Part shown: piece by piece, positions 41,869 through 53,957 of the stretch
Layout of the letters: every line of letters begins with the position of its first letter
Numbering within the stretch: position 1 is the first letter of the stretch
Assembly (NCBI GenBank): GCA_051003155.1
Contig: JBPCLO010000048.1
Location: 1 to 64,000, forward strand
DNA length: 64,000 nucleotides
Direction: 5' to 3'
Origin: Fimbriimonadales bacterium
GTDB taxonomy: Bacteria; Armatimonadota; Fimbriimonadia; Fimbriimonadales; ATM1
Notes under the pieces: generated by a model
Databases searched by the model: none
What the model saw: only the letters and a program-made list of their open reading frames with translations
Told to the model about the DNA's origin: nothing
Made by a program: the position numbers and the translations under genes

Positions 41869-42165
41869 ATGCCACAGAAAAGCTGGACCAAGAAAGACGA
41901 GAAAATGTACGAGCACATCAAGGACAGCGAGCGCGACCGTGGCAGGCCGGAATCACGTGCGGAAGAAGTCGCAGCCAGGACGGTTAACAAGCATCGGCGC
42001 ATCGAGGGCCGTACCAAGAACAAGCGAACCTCCGGCACGGGAAATCCGAACGAGCCACTGGGAGAACGTACCCGCGACGAGCTTTACAACCTGGCCCAAG
42101 AGCACGGCCTCAAGGGCCGCAGCAGGATGAGCAAGTCCGAGCTTGTCTCCGCCCTCGGCGGTTAA
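41869..42165 (+). CDS. Small ChaB-like protein with a Rho-N-terminal-like C-terminus
   Basis: W..K.E..YEHIK.S...AEEVAARTVNK; TRDELY..A....KGRS.MSK.EL..AL. Confidence 0.8.
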   Translation: MPQKSWTKKDEKMYEHIKDSERDRGRPESRAEEVAARTVNKHRRIEGRTKNKRTSGTGNPNEPLGERTRDELYNLAQEHGLKGRSRMSKSELVSALGG

Positions 42166-42166
42166 T

Positions 42167-42829
42167 CTATCGGCAACGCCTTCGACTAACCGCGAAGGCA
42201 AGGCCGGCAGCAACTGCGGCAAGGGTGGCGGGTTCCGGCACAACGACTCCGTGTATCTGGAACGACAGGTCCGCGAAGCCGCTGATCTCCCAGTCGCTTC
42301 CGACCGGTATTTGTGCGGCGAAGTTGTTGCTGACAGAAGGCACGGCGGCCTGCCAATAGAAGCCGTCGCCATCGGGATCGAAGTTATCCGAACCCACCGA
42401 AAACCAATAGTTCCCTGGTGCGACTGCGAGGGATGAGTCCATCGTAAAGTCGAACTCCCAAATGGGGATTCCGAACGGATCCTCGCCCACCTCGATCGGG
42501 GCGATGTCCTCCGTAAGCGCGGTTTCCGAGGCGAGCTCTGTGCCCGGCATGCCGGCGTCATCGGCGAAAACGGCCATCGTGAAGGATTCCATGTTCCTCA
42601 GGTCGCTGAAGAACGCACCCTCGGAGCGACCCCACCACTTGAACCGCTGAATCTCGGAAGGCGATCCGATGGTGAAAGCCTCCGCCAGTCGCTGATTGTT
42701 GAACTGTCCGGGAACCGAATCGGATGCGAATGCCAGCTGCGGATCGTGGGGGCTTAGGTCGTAAAGCAGGTCTGCGCTCGCTCCCGGCGCTATGAAGATG
42801 GCGATGGCAGCAAGGCTAAGTTTTGTCAT
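42167..42829 (-). CDS. PEP-CTERM sorting-domain protein
   Basis: Signal peptide; VPEPATLAAVAAGLAFAVSRRR. Confidence 0.9.
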   Translation of the reverse strand: MTKLSLAAIAIFIAPGASADLLYDLSPHDPQLAFASDSVPGQFNNQRLAEAFTIGSPSEIQRFKWWGRSEGAFFSDLRNMESFTMAVFADDAGMPGTELASETALTEDIAPIEVGEDPFGIPIWEFDFTMDSSLAVAPGNYWFSVGSDNFDPDGDGFYWQAAVPSVSNNFAAQIPVGSDWEISGFADLSFQIHGVVVPEPATLAAVAAGLAFAVSRRRCR

Positions 42830-42907
42830 TCATTCTCTCCTTTCATTCTCTTTACAAGAAAGTAACTGACCTGAGACGCAAAGGTGGCCCGCTGATACAA
42901 TGAGACC

Positions 42908-43195
42908 ATGGCTAAATCGAAGCGGGACGAATTGATTGGCTTCGCGCTGGGCTTTCCGGAGGCTCGTCTGGATCACCCGTGGGGCGAGGACGTGGCCAAG
43001 GTCGGCATGAAAATCTTCGCCTTCTTCAGCGCTTCCGAAGAGTACGCGACGACCGTGAAGCTGCCTTCATCCAACGAATTCGCCGTCCCACTGCCAGACA
43101 TCCAGCCCGCTGGTACGGACTGGGAAGAAAAGATGGGCAACCATCTTGGTGGCTGCGAATCTCGCTCCTTATGGTGCTCGCCGTCTTGGCCATGA
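42908..43195 (+). pseudogene. MmcQ/YjbR family protein, frameshifted and truncated
   Basis: DHPWGE.VAKV..KIFAF..TVKLP..PAG then YGLGRK.G in another frame (near 43113). Confidence 0.7.
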
Positions 43196-43261
43196 TCACA
43201 GCTGTGTTGCTCTTTGTTATCGCCTTATGGCCGTTTTTCTTGATTGATTCAATGATATATC

Positions 43262-44059
43262 TCAAGATTTCGCACGACCCGCTACATCGCGCGTCGCGAA
43301 GTGGTTCCAACCGCTAAGAACCAGGCGCTCGTTCGGGTGGCTGTTTCCCTCCTCGACCCGGTCGCCACCGGCGTACATCTGCACGAGAACGGTCTTGCGT
43401 GTCTCGCTCGACCGGTTGGGCATCGAGCCGTGCAGCGTGAAGTAGTGGAAGAAAAGCACGTCACCGGGCTCGGCTTCGAGCGGCGTCGCACCCTCGATCG
43501 GGTGGTTATCCAGCATCTGCGAGGGCATTTGGCCGGATGAGCCTTGTACTCGGCCCAGCTTATGGCTTCCCGGATAGACACGAAGGCACCCCATCTCGTC
43601 CGTCGCCGGGCTCACATGAATGATGGCCGCGAGCATCGTGTCCTTCTCGGTCGGGAAGTAGGTCCAATCCTGGTGCATCGGAAACGGCGCCCCCTGCTCG
43701 GCGGGCTTTTGAAAGAGCTTCGAGTGGTGGAGGATAACATTGGCGCCGAGAATCGCCGTCGCGACTTCGAGGAACTTCGGGTGGGTGAACGCTCTTAGCC
43801 ACTTGGCTGAATATTGCTGAACGTTGTGTGTGTGTAAAACCACCGCGTCCGCCTTGGCGATCCGCTCCATCTGCGGTCCGGACCACACTGCGTTAGCCTC
43901 CTCGCCGCTGGCGATAACCTGGTCGACGATCCTGTCGAAAGCGATTTCGAATTCCTCAATTTCAGCAGAAGAGAAGATGCCTCGCGCCAAGTAAAATCCG
44001 TCGTTGGTGAACTGACTCCCGATCGCCGCGTTAGGCATGAAATCTTCGGCATTGGCCAT
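43262..44059 (-). CDS. Phytanoyl-CoA dioxygenase (PhyH) family Fe/2OG oxygenase
   Basis: PMHQDW (HxD), GCLRVYPGSHK, LHGS.PNRS...R. Confidence 0.9.
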   Translation of the reverse strand: MANAEDFMPNAAIGSQFTNDGFYLARGIFSSAEIEEFEIAFDRIVDQVIASGEEANAVWSGPQMERIAKADAVVLHTHNVQQYSAKWLRAFTHPKFLEVATAILGANVILHHSKLFQKPAEQGAPFPMHQDWTYFPTEKDTMLAAIIHVSPATDEMGCLRVYPGSHKLGRVQGSSGQMPSQMLDNHPIEGATPLEAEPGDVLFFHYFTLHGSMPNRSSETRKTVLVQMYAGGDRVEEGNSHPNERLVLSGWNHFATRDVAGRAKS

Positions 44060-44172
44060 CGCTCCGATTGTACTGGATTGCAAATTAAAGTCCGTCGAAA
44101 GAAGCTATGGATGCGGTGCGTTGTCGTACATAATGTTATTGGTTTGCCATTTACAAACCTAGGGAGAGTGCA

Positions 44173-45735
44173 ATGCGTAGTAATAGCACCGTTTTCCCGT
44201 TTCTTGCGCTTGGACTGGCAGCGTTGCCGGTGCAGTCGCAACTAACCGACCTCGGAACGCTTGGAGGCCCCGAGAGCAGCGCCTTCGCTGTAAACAATCT
44301 CGGCCATGTCGTGGGAAGGACCGACATCGGCGGGGATATTCACCGCGCATTTCTTTACATCGCCGGCACAATGACGGACATCGGCACGCTCGGCGGCGTG
44401 CACAGCGAGGCGTTCGCCATCAACACAATTGGGCAGATCACCGGCCGTTCGAATAACCCGACCGGCGAGTCGCACGCTTTCCTCTACACCGCCGGCAAGT
44501 TCATTGACTTGGGCGACTTCGGGGGTTCCTCGAGCGGTGGCAAAGACCTGAACGAGTCCGGCCATGTGACCGGCTATGCGCATGTCCCGGGTAATGAGCT
44601 TCACCGCGCATTCCTTTATCGCGACGGGGTTACCATGAACCTCGGAACCCTTGGTGGCGACTATAGCGACGCTGAAGACATAAACAATCAAGACCAAGTA
44701 GTTGGCCCCGCCAGAACACCCGATGGTTTTTCGCATGCGTTCTTATGGACGGGCAGGACTATGTTCGACTTGGGAACCTTGGGCGGCGACTCGAGCGTCG
44801 CCTATGCAGTCAATGAGCATGGCCAGGTCGTTGGTTTCGCCCATGATGCGACCGGAACTTCCATCGCATTTCTATACACCGATGGGGTCATGATGAACTT
44901 GGGCACCTTGGGCGGCGCCGACAGCGACGCGTATGCGATAAACGACGCCGGCCAGGTGGCCGGTACGGCTCAAACATCGGCCGGCACATATCATGCCTTC
45001 CTTTACGAAGATGGCGAGATGATAGACCTCGGCACCTTCGGCGGAAACCGGAGCGAAGCCAGAGTGATTTCCCCGGACGGCGATGTGTACGGATGGGCAC
45101 GAACCAGCGAAGGCGACTTTCACCTATTCCGCTACGAAGACGGCCAAATGAAAGATCGTGGCAGCCTCGGCGGAGCTGAACTCACCGTCGAAGGGATGAG
45201 TCCCAACGCGCGCTATGTCGTTGGCAAGGGGATGACCCCGGCCGGCCTCTTCCACGGATATCTGTATGATTCATTCTCGATCGCCCCAGAAACCTTGATC
45301 ATGTACCGTGGCTCCATCGTCTCAGGCAACCTCGCTTCGCTGATCAACAGTGACAATGTCAGGCTCGTTGTAAAACCGGGCTTCGTCTTCTCCACATTCG
45401 AGCCTCCGATCCAGGTCATCGTCAACGCTACGTCGCCGTCCGCCTCTCCAACGAGCCTAAGCTTCTCGGTCGAGTCGCATGCGAGCATCGCGAACGCCCA
45501 GCAGAAGGTTTCCCTCTACAATTTCGTCACTCAGTCCTTCGAGGTATTGGATACGCGAATGGCGACGACGAGCGACAGCATCGTCCAGGTGAATGTGAAT
45601 AGCAATACGTCTCGGTTTGTGCAACCCGGCTCGCTCCTAATTACGGCTCGTATGAGCTACAAGGCGCTCGGAACCGTGTTCGGTTATCCTTGGCACGCCC
45701 GAATCGACCAGACGAAATGGATCATCCCGCAGTAA
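44173..45735 (+). CDS. Secreted HAF-repeat protein (8 repeats) with C-terminal domain
   Basis: DLGTLGG..S.A.A.N..GQVVG...HAFLY repeats; signal peptide. Confidence 0.92.
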   Translation: MRSNSTVFPFLALGLAALPVQSQLTDLGTLGGPESSAFAVNNLGHVVGRTDIGGDIHRAFLYIAGTMTDIGTLGGVHSEAFAINTIGQITGRSNNPTGESHAFLYTAGKFIDLGDFGGSSSGGKDLNESGHVTGYAHVPGNELHRAFLYRDGVTMNLGTLGGDYSDAEDINNQDQVVGPARTPDGFSHAFLWTGRTMFDLGTLGGDSSVAYAVNEHGQVVGFAHDATGTSIAFLYTDGVMMNLGTLGGADSDAYAINDAGQVAGTAQTSAGTYHAFLYEDGEMIDLGTFGGNRSEARVISPDGDVYGWARTSEGDFHLFRYEDGQMKDRGSLGGAELTVEGMSPNARYVVGKGMTPAGLFHGYLYDSFSIAPETLIMYRGSIVSGNLASLINSDNVRLVVKPGFVFSTFEPPIQVIVNATSPSASPTSLSFSVESHASIANAQQKVSLYNFVTQSFEVLDTRMATTSDSIVQVNVNSNTSRFVQPGSLLITARMSYKALGTVFGYPWHARIDQTKWIIPQ

Positions 45736-45745
45736 TGGATTTCGC

Positions 45746-47857
<2,112 letters not shown>

Positions 47858-48011
47858 AATTTGGTTCTCTATCAGGCAAAAACCCCAACACAAACGGAAG
47901 GGGTTCGACTTATCGCCTCGACGCACGAGGCGACGGCTCGTTTAGCGAATGTGCAGCTTTCGCGCCTTTCGCCCTCCTTCCTGGTTGTGTTCAATCAGTG
48001 CCAACGTGTTT

Positions 48012-48041
48012 ATCTTAGCGTATGGACGGGTATATGGTCAA
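48012..48041 (-). promoter_or_regulatory. Candidate sigma70 promoter for fusA
   Basis: TTGACC-18 nt-TAAGAT, about 150 nt upstream of the start. Confidence 0.65.
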
Positions 48042-48066
48042 GTGGACCGGGCGTTTGTTGGGGGAG

Positions 48067-48104
48067 CGACTGCCGACTGACGATTGCCGACTGACGACTG
48101 CCGA
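48067..48104. repeat. Heptamer tandem repeat CGA(C/T)TG(C/A) x5.4
   Basis: CGACTGC CGACTGA CGATTGC CGACTGA CGACTGC CGA. Confidence 0.85.
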
Positions 48105-48225
48105 GGATAAGACTGGAAACCGGAGACGGGGAGAGCGGGCTCGGTTCCGGTTCCTCCGCCGGCACGGAGACTCCTAAATCGACGCCGGTGTGGTTGCCAG
48201 GGAAGCTAGGAGGGGCGGTCGAGAG

Positions 48226-48271
48226 GCGGCATCACGACACCTTGTATATTGGGGTTGTGACGTGATGACGG
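48226..48271 (-). repeat. Palindromic element C, copy 2 (inverted)
   Basis: Reverse complement CCGTCATCACGTCACA-N14-GGTGTCGTGATGCCGC. Confidence 0.75.
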
Positions 48272-48328
48272 TCAGGCGCGGGTACGAAACCGATGGAGAG
48301 CGAAGCTTTAGCTAGCCAAACCGTCGAG

Positions 48329-49078
48329 TCAACTAGGACCGGGCAAAACGTAACAACACTGCTCGGCTATCTCCTGAAAGCCGAGCTTCGCGTAGACGGC
48401 CATCGCAGCATCGTCGGCAGCCGTCAGCCAAGCGTACTGCCCGCCTGCATCGAAGAAATCCTCTAGCAACCTCGCCGTAACGGCAGAAGCGATTCCTCGA
48501 CGGCGGAACGCAGGCAGGGTCGCGACCGAGACGATCTCGCGCACTTTATCGGTGCCGACAGCGCGGCCGACGCCCGCGACCTCGCCATCGACGGTCGCGT
48601 ACGCCGCCGATGAGCTTCCCCGCGCCAGGGATTCCCGAATGGCTTCCTCGCGGGCGGGATCGGGGTCCCCCGGCGCCTCGAACACTTGGTGCCCAACGCG
48701 GTTGACCGCCGCGGCGCTGTCAGGCCCCGCCAATTCGACATCGATGGCCGTTGGATATCCTTGCCATGAGCCGTTGGACATCAACATAGCGGGCTGAGTC
48801 TCCTTGAGAACGAAACCGAAATCCTCGAGCTGCTTCGGCACGTGAGGCCACAGTTGCGTGAAGAACTCGAGCCTTGGCTGCCTCTCGTAGGATCGGAAGA
48901 CGCCGATCATCTCTTCGATGTCGCCCGGCGCCGGGTCCTCGACGGGAACGGCATCGTTGAGCCAGGCGAGCGTCTCGGTCGGGCTGATCGAAATTGAGAA
49001 CCCACCGGCCCGCACCGATATCCGCCGCGTATTCGATGTGTTGATGCTGTCCTGCAACATTCGGAGGAGCGGCTTCAT
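48329..49078 (-). CDS. GNAT family N-acetyltransferase
   Basis: VATLPAFRRRGIASA, A..VYAKLGF; start MKPLL with TAGACT 8 nt upstream. Confidence 0.88.
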   Translation of the reverse strand: MKPLLRMLQDSINTSNTRRISVRAGGFSISISPTETLAWLNDAVPVEDPAPGDIEEMIGVFRSYERQPRLEFFTQLWPHVPKQLEDFGFVLKETQPAMLMSNGSWQGYPTAIDVELAGPDSAAAVNRVGHQVFEAPGDPDPAREEAIRESLARGSSSAAYATVDGEVAGVGRAVGTDKVREIVSVATLPAFRRRGIASAVTARLLEDFFDAGGQYAWLTAADDAAMAVYAKLGFQEIAEQCCYVLPGPS

Positions 49079-49180
49079 GCGAACAAAGTCTACACGCCAA
49101 CCCGGCGGTTGAGCGTCCTCGAGAGACCAAGTGACATCGCAGGCATCAGGCAATCGTCTAAAATAGGGCGTTAGCCTTCA

Positions 49181-51328
49181 ATGAACGTTATTAAACGGGA
49201 AGACCTGATCTCCGCAGCCCCGATTTCTATTCCACGCGAAGCCGAGACCATCGGGTGCGGGGGGTTGCGCGTGTCGAAGCGCGGGGTTTGGCGGGCGGCG
49301 GTGCTCATCGGCGTCCACGTGCTGATCATCGCGCACATCGTCCACTGGAAGCTCGCCGGCAAGACGGTATCGCCGGTGGAGCCCAGCGAGGCGATGCAGA
49401 CGCTCGAACTGGGCTATGTAAACGCGGGGTTCATCCTGTTCATCGGGCTCATCCTGAGCACGCTCGTCTTCGGACGGTTCTTTTGCGGCTGGGGCTGCCA
49501 CGTCGTGGCGCTCCAAGACGTTTGCGGATGGCTGATGAAGAAGGCGGGGGTCAAGCCCAAGCCGTTCCGCTCGCGGCTGCTGGTGTTCGTCCCGCTCTTT
49601 GCGGCGTTCTATATGTTCCTGTGGCCGACGATCGTGCGCTGGCTCGATGGCCGGGCGTTTCCAGGTCTGAGCAACCACCTGCAGACCGAGAACTTTTGGG
49701 CCACCTTCCCCGGCCCCGGCATCGCGCTGCTCACGTTCGGAATATGCGGTTTCCTGATCGTTTATCTCTTGGGGAACAAGGGCTTCTGCACCTACGGCTG
49801 CCCGTACGGCGCTATCTTTTATCACGCCGACCGCGTCGCCCCCGGCAAGATCCGTGTGACGGACGCTTGTGAAGGCTGCGGGCACTGCACCGCGACCTGC
49901 ACCTCGAATGTCCGCGTCCACGAAGAGGTAAAGCGCTACGGCATGGTCGTCGACCCGGGGTGCATGAAGTGCATGGACTGCGTGAGCGTTTGCCCGAAGA
50001 ATGCGCTGTATTACGGCTTCGGCAAGCCGTCGCTTGCTCAGAAAGGGATCGAGGCGAAGCGCGCCCCGGGTTTGGAACGAGCGGCGCGCATGTACGACTT
50101 TTCGCTTTCCGAAGAGATCGCCATGGCGGCACTGTTCGCGCTCGCGTTCTATGCCTTTCGCGGCTTGTACGACTCGGTGCCGTTTCTGCTGGCGATCGGG
50201 CTGAGCTCCGTCACGGCGTTTCTCATCGTCATGGCGGCACGGCTGCTCTACACGCCTTCATTCCGGCTTCAGCACAAGCAGCTGCGGATCAGCGGCGCGA
50301 CGACTCCCGCCGGTTGCGCGCTTCTTGGAGTGGCAGGGTTGTTGATCGTTTTTGCCGGCCACTCGGGTGTCTGGCAGTTTCACTACCACGAGGGAAACCG
50401 CCTCTATGCGCAAGCGGAGTCGGCAAAGTCACCGGAAAGCGCGGAGGAGTCGACGAAGGCAGCGATGGAGCATTTCGGCTGGTGTCGGTCGAGCGGATTC
50501 TTCCCTGTCGCGAACTTGGAGGCGTCGCTTGGCTCTGGGTTTGCCTTTCTGGGAGACCTCGAGAAGGGCGAGCAGCACCTGAGACGAGCGATCGAACTTG
50601 GACCCGATCTTGCGGGAGCGCGGTACCAGCTCGCGAGAACTCTGGCGGCTCGCGGCAAACAGAATGAGGCGATAGCGCAGCTCAGAACAGCCGTCGAGTC
50701 CGATCCGGGACGGGTCGCCGCGAGGCGAGATCTTGCGCTCGCGCTCTCCGCTTCGGGCAAGCACGTCGAAGCTCTCCGCTTTTTCGAAGGCCCTCTTAAG
50801 ATTGCGCCGAGAGACGCCGATCTGAGGCTGGCCTATGCAGCGTCGCTCGCAGAATCCGGCAAGCCGGCGGAGGCGGAAACGCAATTGCGAAAGGTGATGA
50901 CCGATCATCCGCAATCCGCACAAGTTCGCTTCGCCCTAGGCGAGATTTTGCTGAGGCGGGGAAAAACCAGCGAGGCGGCCGCCGCGTTTGCCGATGCCAC
51001 CCGGCTAAACCCGGAGGCAATCGAGTCGTATGTCGCGCTGGCGCGACTCGATTCACGGCGCAAGAACCATTCTGCATCGGCCCGGCGCTACGAGGCTGCG
51101 CTGGGGATTGCTCCGTTCGACCGCAACCTCTTGAACGCATGGGCGGTCGAACTGAAGAAATCGAACCAGATCGACGCCGCGATAAAGAAGCTGGTGCGCT
51201 CACATCCCGACGACGAAGCATCCTGGTACCGCGCCGCGCTGCTTTACAAGGCGAAAGGTAACCTGATTACTGCAAAGAGCCTTTATCGCCGCCTGGCGAT
51301 GCGGAATCCCAACCTGCCGCCCCTATAG
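49181..51328 (+). CDS. Membrane 4Fe-4S protein (NapH/YccM-like) fused to TPR repeats
   Basis: GRFFCGWGC, FCTYGCPYG, CEGCGHCTATC, CMKCMDCVSVCP; C-terminal TPR helices. Confidence 0.88.
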   Translation: MNVIKREDLISAAPISIPREAETIGCGGLRVSKRGVWRAAVLIGVHVLIIAHIVHWKLAGKTVSPVEPSEAMQTLELGYVNAGFILFIGLILSTLVFGRFFCGWGCHVVALQDVCGWLMKKAGVKPKPFRSRLLVFVPLFAAFYMFLWPTIVRWLDGRAFPGLSNHLQTENFWATFPGPGIALLTFGICGFLIVYLLGNKGFCTYGCPYGAIFYHADRVAPGKIRVTDACEGCGHCTATCTSNVRVHEEVKRYGMVVDPGCMKCMDCVSVCPKNALYYGFGKPSLAQKGIEAKRAPGLERAARMYDFSLSEEIAMAALFALAFYAFRGLYDSVPFLLAIGLSSVTAFLIVMAARLLYTPSFRLQHKQLRISGATTPAGCALLGVAGLLIVFAGHSGVWQFHYHEGNRLYAQAESAKSPESAEESTKAAMEHFGWCRSSGFFPVANLEASLGSGFAFLGDLEKGEQHLRRAIELGPDLAGARYQLARTLAARGKQNEAIAQLRTAVESDPGRVAARRDLALALSASGKHVEALRFFEGPLKIAPRDADLRLAYAASLAESGKPAEAETQLRKVMTDHPQSAQVRFALGEILLRRGKTSEAAAAFADATRLNPEAIESYVALARLDSRRKNHSASARRYEAALGIAPFDRNLLNAWAVELKKSNQIDAAIKKLVRSHPDDEASWYRAALLYKAKGNLITAKSLYRRLAMRNPNLPPL

Positions 51329-51601
51329 GGAGTACATAAGTTATGTCTCAATACTGTCATTCGTGTGCAGTTTCGCTCGTCATCCGGATTTCAAGGGCGA
51401 ATCCGACATCTGCTGCAAGTATTGCGTCGACGCGGCAGGCAATCTCGAATCGCGCTAAGCCGTTCAGAAGGGGATCACGAGTTGGTTCATGACATGGCAG
51501 CCAAACCTGAGCGAGACGACCGCACACGAACGAGCGGCGACCTACATGAGTTCCCTTCCCGCCTGGGCTGAGTAGTTAGTTATACTTGCAGGCTACAGCC
51601 C

Positions 51602-52258
51602 ATGAGTGACCACGAGTACCCTGGGTTCTGGTCGCTCGTGCGCTCGGACCTCGACAGTTATCTACAACGAAAGACCGGCGCGTCGCCTTTGGCGATTTGG
51701 TTCAAGTACTGGGGGGTCGCTTATGAGCATCCCGGTTCGGTGGCTCTGCTGGCAAACCGCGCCGCCTCCGTTTTGAGGAATGGGAAGCCCGACCCGATCA
51801 CTCGATTCTGCTTCCGCGTTTGGGCGGTTTTGCTTCGTATCTCAGCGACGATCCTCGGGGGATCCTGGATAAGCGGAGATGCCCAAATCGGCAAAGGCGC
51901 AAGGCACATGCACCAGGGTGGCGTGATCGTAAACGGCGCCACGGAGATCGGCGACTATTGTGATATTTGGCAAGGCGTCAACCTCATCGCCGACCAGACG
52001 CTAAAGGCGCCGAAGATCGGCAACTGGGTGACTCTGGGCGCAAACTGCATGGTTATCGGCGGCGTGGAGGTCGGCGATTTCGCGGTGATTGGCGCAGGAG
52101 CGGTGGTCACCAAGAACGTGCCTGCCGGGGGCGTGGTTGTGGGTGTTCCTGGTCGCGTGGTCAAGCTTCTCGATTCTGCGCTCAGACCCGAACAGCTTCC
52201 CGAACGCGGCAACGTATCCACGGACGAGTACGACGCATACGTGCGAGCCCTTCGTTAG
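51602..52258 (+). CDS. Serine-acetyltransferase-like hexapeptide-repeat protein
   Basis: IGKG, IGDYCDIWQGV, PKIGNWVTLGA, IGAGAVVTKNVP..VVVGVPGRV. Confidence 0.82.
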   Translation: MSDHEYPGFWSLVRSDLDSYLQRKTGASPLAIWFKYWGVAYEHPGSVALLANRAASVLRNGKPDPITRFCFRVWAVLLRISATILGGSWISGDAQIGKGARHMHQGGVIVNGATEIGDYCDIWQGVNLIADQTLKAPKIGNWVTLGANCMVIGGVEVGDFAVIGAGAVVTKNVPAGGVVVGVPGRVVKLLDSALRPEQLPERGNVSTDEYDAYVRALR

Positions 52259-53376
52259 GAGGCGATGATTTCGACGTTTGCACGTGGGACGGTCACTTCC
52301 CTGCCGTCCTCGAGCATGGCCTTGAGGACGCGAACCTCGGTGCCCGATTCCACAACTTGAAGCTCGGCGGGAAGGCCCGTCACTTTGCCAATCGCCCCGA
52401 AATACGGTTCCCGAATGATTCGGATCGGCGTGCCGTGCTCGAGCATCCCGCCCGCATCCTTTTTGGGCTCACCGGCGGGAGGGTTGTCGGATGGAACGAT
52501 CACCTCTGGGCGGATAACCCCCGCGCGGATCTGTGTCGCACCGTTGACGCTTGCTTGCTTGCCCTCGAGGGATTGGAGCAGTTCGAAAGTTCGCTGAGCC
52601 ATGGCAAGTTCGCCAAATCCTTCCGTAGCGATTATCGTGAGCGGGATAGCCTCCTGGCCCGTGATGGCCACGCCTATGTCGTAGCCGAGATACTTCGTTA
52701 GGTCGACGTCTCGTATGGCTCCCGCGATCAGGCCGACCACGCCGATCTCCGCAGCACGCAGCATCGCCGCATAGCTAATGCCGGAACCACCAACGAGGAT
52801 GCAGCCCCTGTGCTCGTCCTTGATATGGCCGGCGTCCAGGACTTCGGACGCCGAAGTGACGACCACTCGAATTTCGCCCTGCCGCTCGCCCCCGACGCCG
52901 AAAATTCCTTGGACCATGGCGCCGCGCGTCTCGATGATTGCCCCTTCTTCGGGGAGGATATCGACGACCTTGCCGCGCATGTACGCCGTGATCTCGACCG
53001 GAATGGGTGCTTCCCGCACCAAGAGCGTGCCCGTGGCCTCCGACAGCGACTCCGCTGTACCGTCGTAGTCGCAGATGCAGATGCTCTTGAACATTCCGAA
53101 GATTCCTTTCGACTCTGCTAGCTGCTGGCCGGCCGTAACGGGGTCGCCGATCGCGATTTTCAGGAGGGAGGGAACATCCTTAGGCTCCACACCGAGCTTT
53201 TCGGCGATCTTGACGGCTTGGAGAACCCCTGGCAGTTCGGTCCGGGCTGCAACGGTTGCCGGCTCGACGGAATCACCGACTTGCACCAAAACCTGGCCCT
53301 TCAAGGGGAGACGACGAACTTTGTGAACGATCTGGTCGGCGCTGACGGTCAGGCCGGGCGTATAGGCTGATCCCAT
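52255..53376 (-). CDS. Conserved hypothetical protein (barrel-sandwich-like N-terminus, KOW-like C-terminus)
   Basis: AYTPGL, RRLPLKG.V.V..GD, QGIFGVGGE, GATQIRAGVIRPE, IREPYFG, VPRANVE. Confidence 0.8.
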   Translation of the reverse strand: MGSAYTPGLTVSADQIVHKVRRLPLKGQVLVQVGDSVEPATVAARTELPGVLQAVKIAEKLGVEPKDVPSLLKIAIGDPVTAGQQLAESKGIFGMFKSICICDYDGTAESLSEATGTLLVREAPIPVEITAYMRGKVVDILPEEGAIIETRGAMVQGIFGVGGERQGEIRVVVTSASEVLDAGHIKDEHRGCILVGGSGISYAAMLRAAEIGVVGLIAGAIRDVDLTKYLGYDIGVAITGQEAIPLTIIATEGFGELAMAQRTFELLQSLEGKQASVNGATQIRAGVIRPEVIVPSDNPPAGEPKKDAGGMLEHGTPIRIIREPYFGAIGKVTGLPAELQVVESGTEVRVLKAMLEDGREVTVPRANVEIIAS

Positions 53377-53495
53377 GGAAGTCTTAGTTTAGCATCCGGC
53401 GCCTACTCTGCAAGGAGCTTGACCGGACAAGCCGGACATGGTAAAACCCTCTACTCAAGATCGCACGTATTTATCTTTATTAGGAGGCAAGTTTT

Positions 53496-53933
53496 ATGAA
53501 ACGTGTTTTAATCCTTTTCGCATTGACGACCATTGCGGTCGCGGCGTGGGCCATCGCCCATCGCGCCCGAGGAATCGGGGTCGTCGAAGGCGGCTCTTGG
53601 GCAGGCGCTCATTTCGATTTTTACGTGCAACAACCGGAGAACCCCAACAGCCCGAACCGATTTTACTTTTGGGACCACGGCATGTTCATCGCTGTCGATA
53701 TTTTCATCACCGACTTCGATTCCGAGATGCAATGGGGCCGTGCGACCGCACGCTTCAACGGTATGGGAACATATAACGGCACCGCAGCACAGGTTAGCGT
53801 CTTCGTTCTAGACGGCGGGCGGTCGCGGCCCGACCGATTCACTATGGAATGCCGCGCCATGAACGGCCAGCTGATGCACAGCGCAAACGGTGTTCTGACC
53901 GAAGGCGACCTCACCGTTAGCCATCCTCGGTAG
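53496..53933 (+). CDS. Hypothetical secreted beta-rich protein
   Basis: AGGAGG SD, signal peptide, 145 aa. Confidence 0.75.
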   Translation: MKRVLILFALTTIAVAAWAIAHRARGIGVVEGGSWAGAHFDFYVQQPENPNSPNRFYFWDHGMFIAVDIFITDFDSEMQWGRATARFNGMGTYNGTAAQVSVFVLDGGRSRPDRFTMECRAMNGQLMHSANGVLTEGDLTVSHPR

Positions 53934-53957
53934 CCGGGCGGTAAACTGTAGGCAGTT

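Noticed and set aside
39703..45735. Diversity-generating retroelement acting on the repeat proteins
   Set aside because: No reverse transcriptase, and no TR/VR pair differing only at adenines was seen
52255..53376. Conserved hypothetical gene as part of a novel operon
   Set aside because: It is isolated here, with convergent and divergent neighbours, so the window gives no functional context
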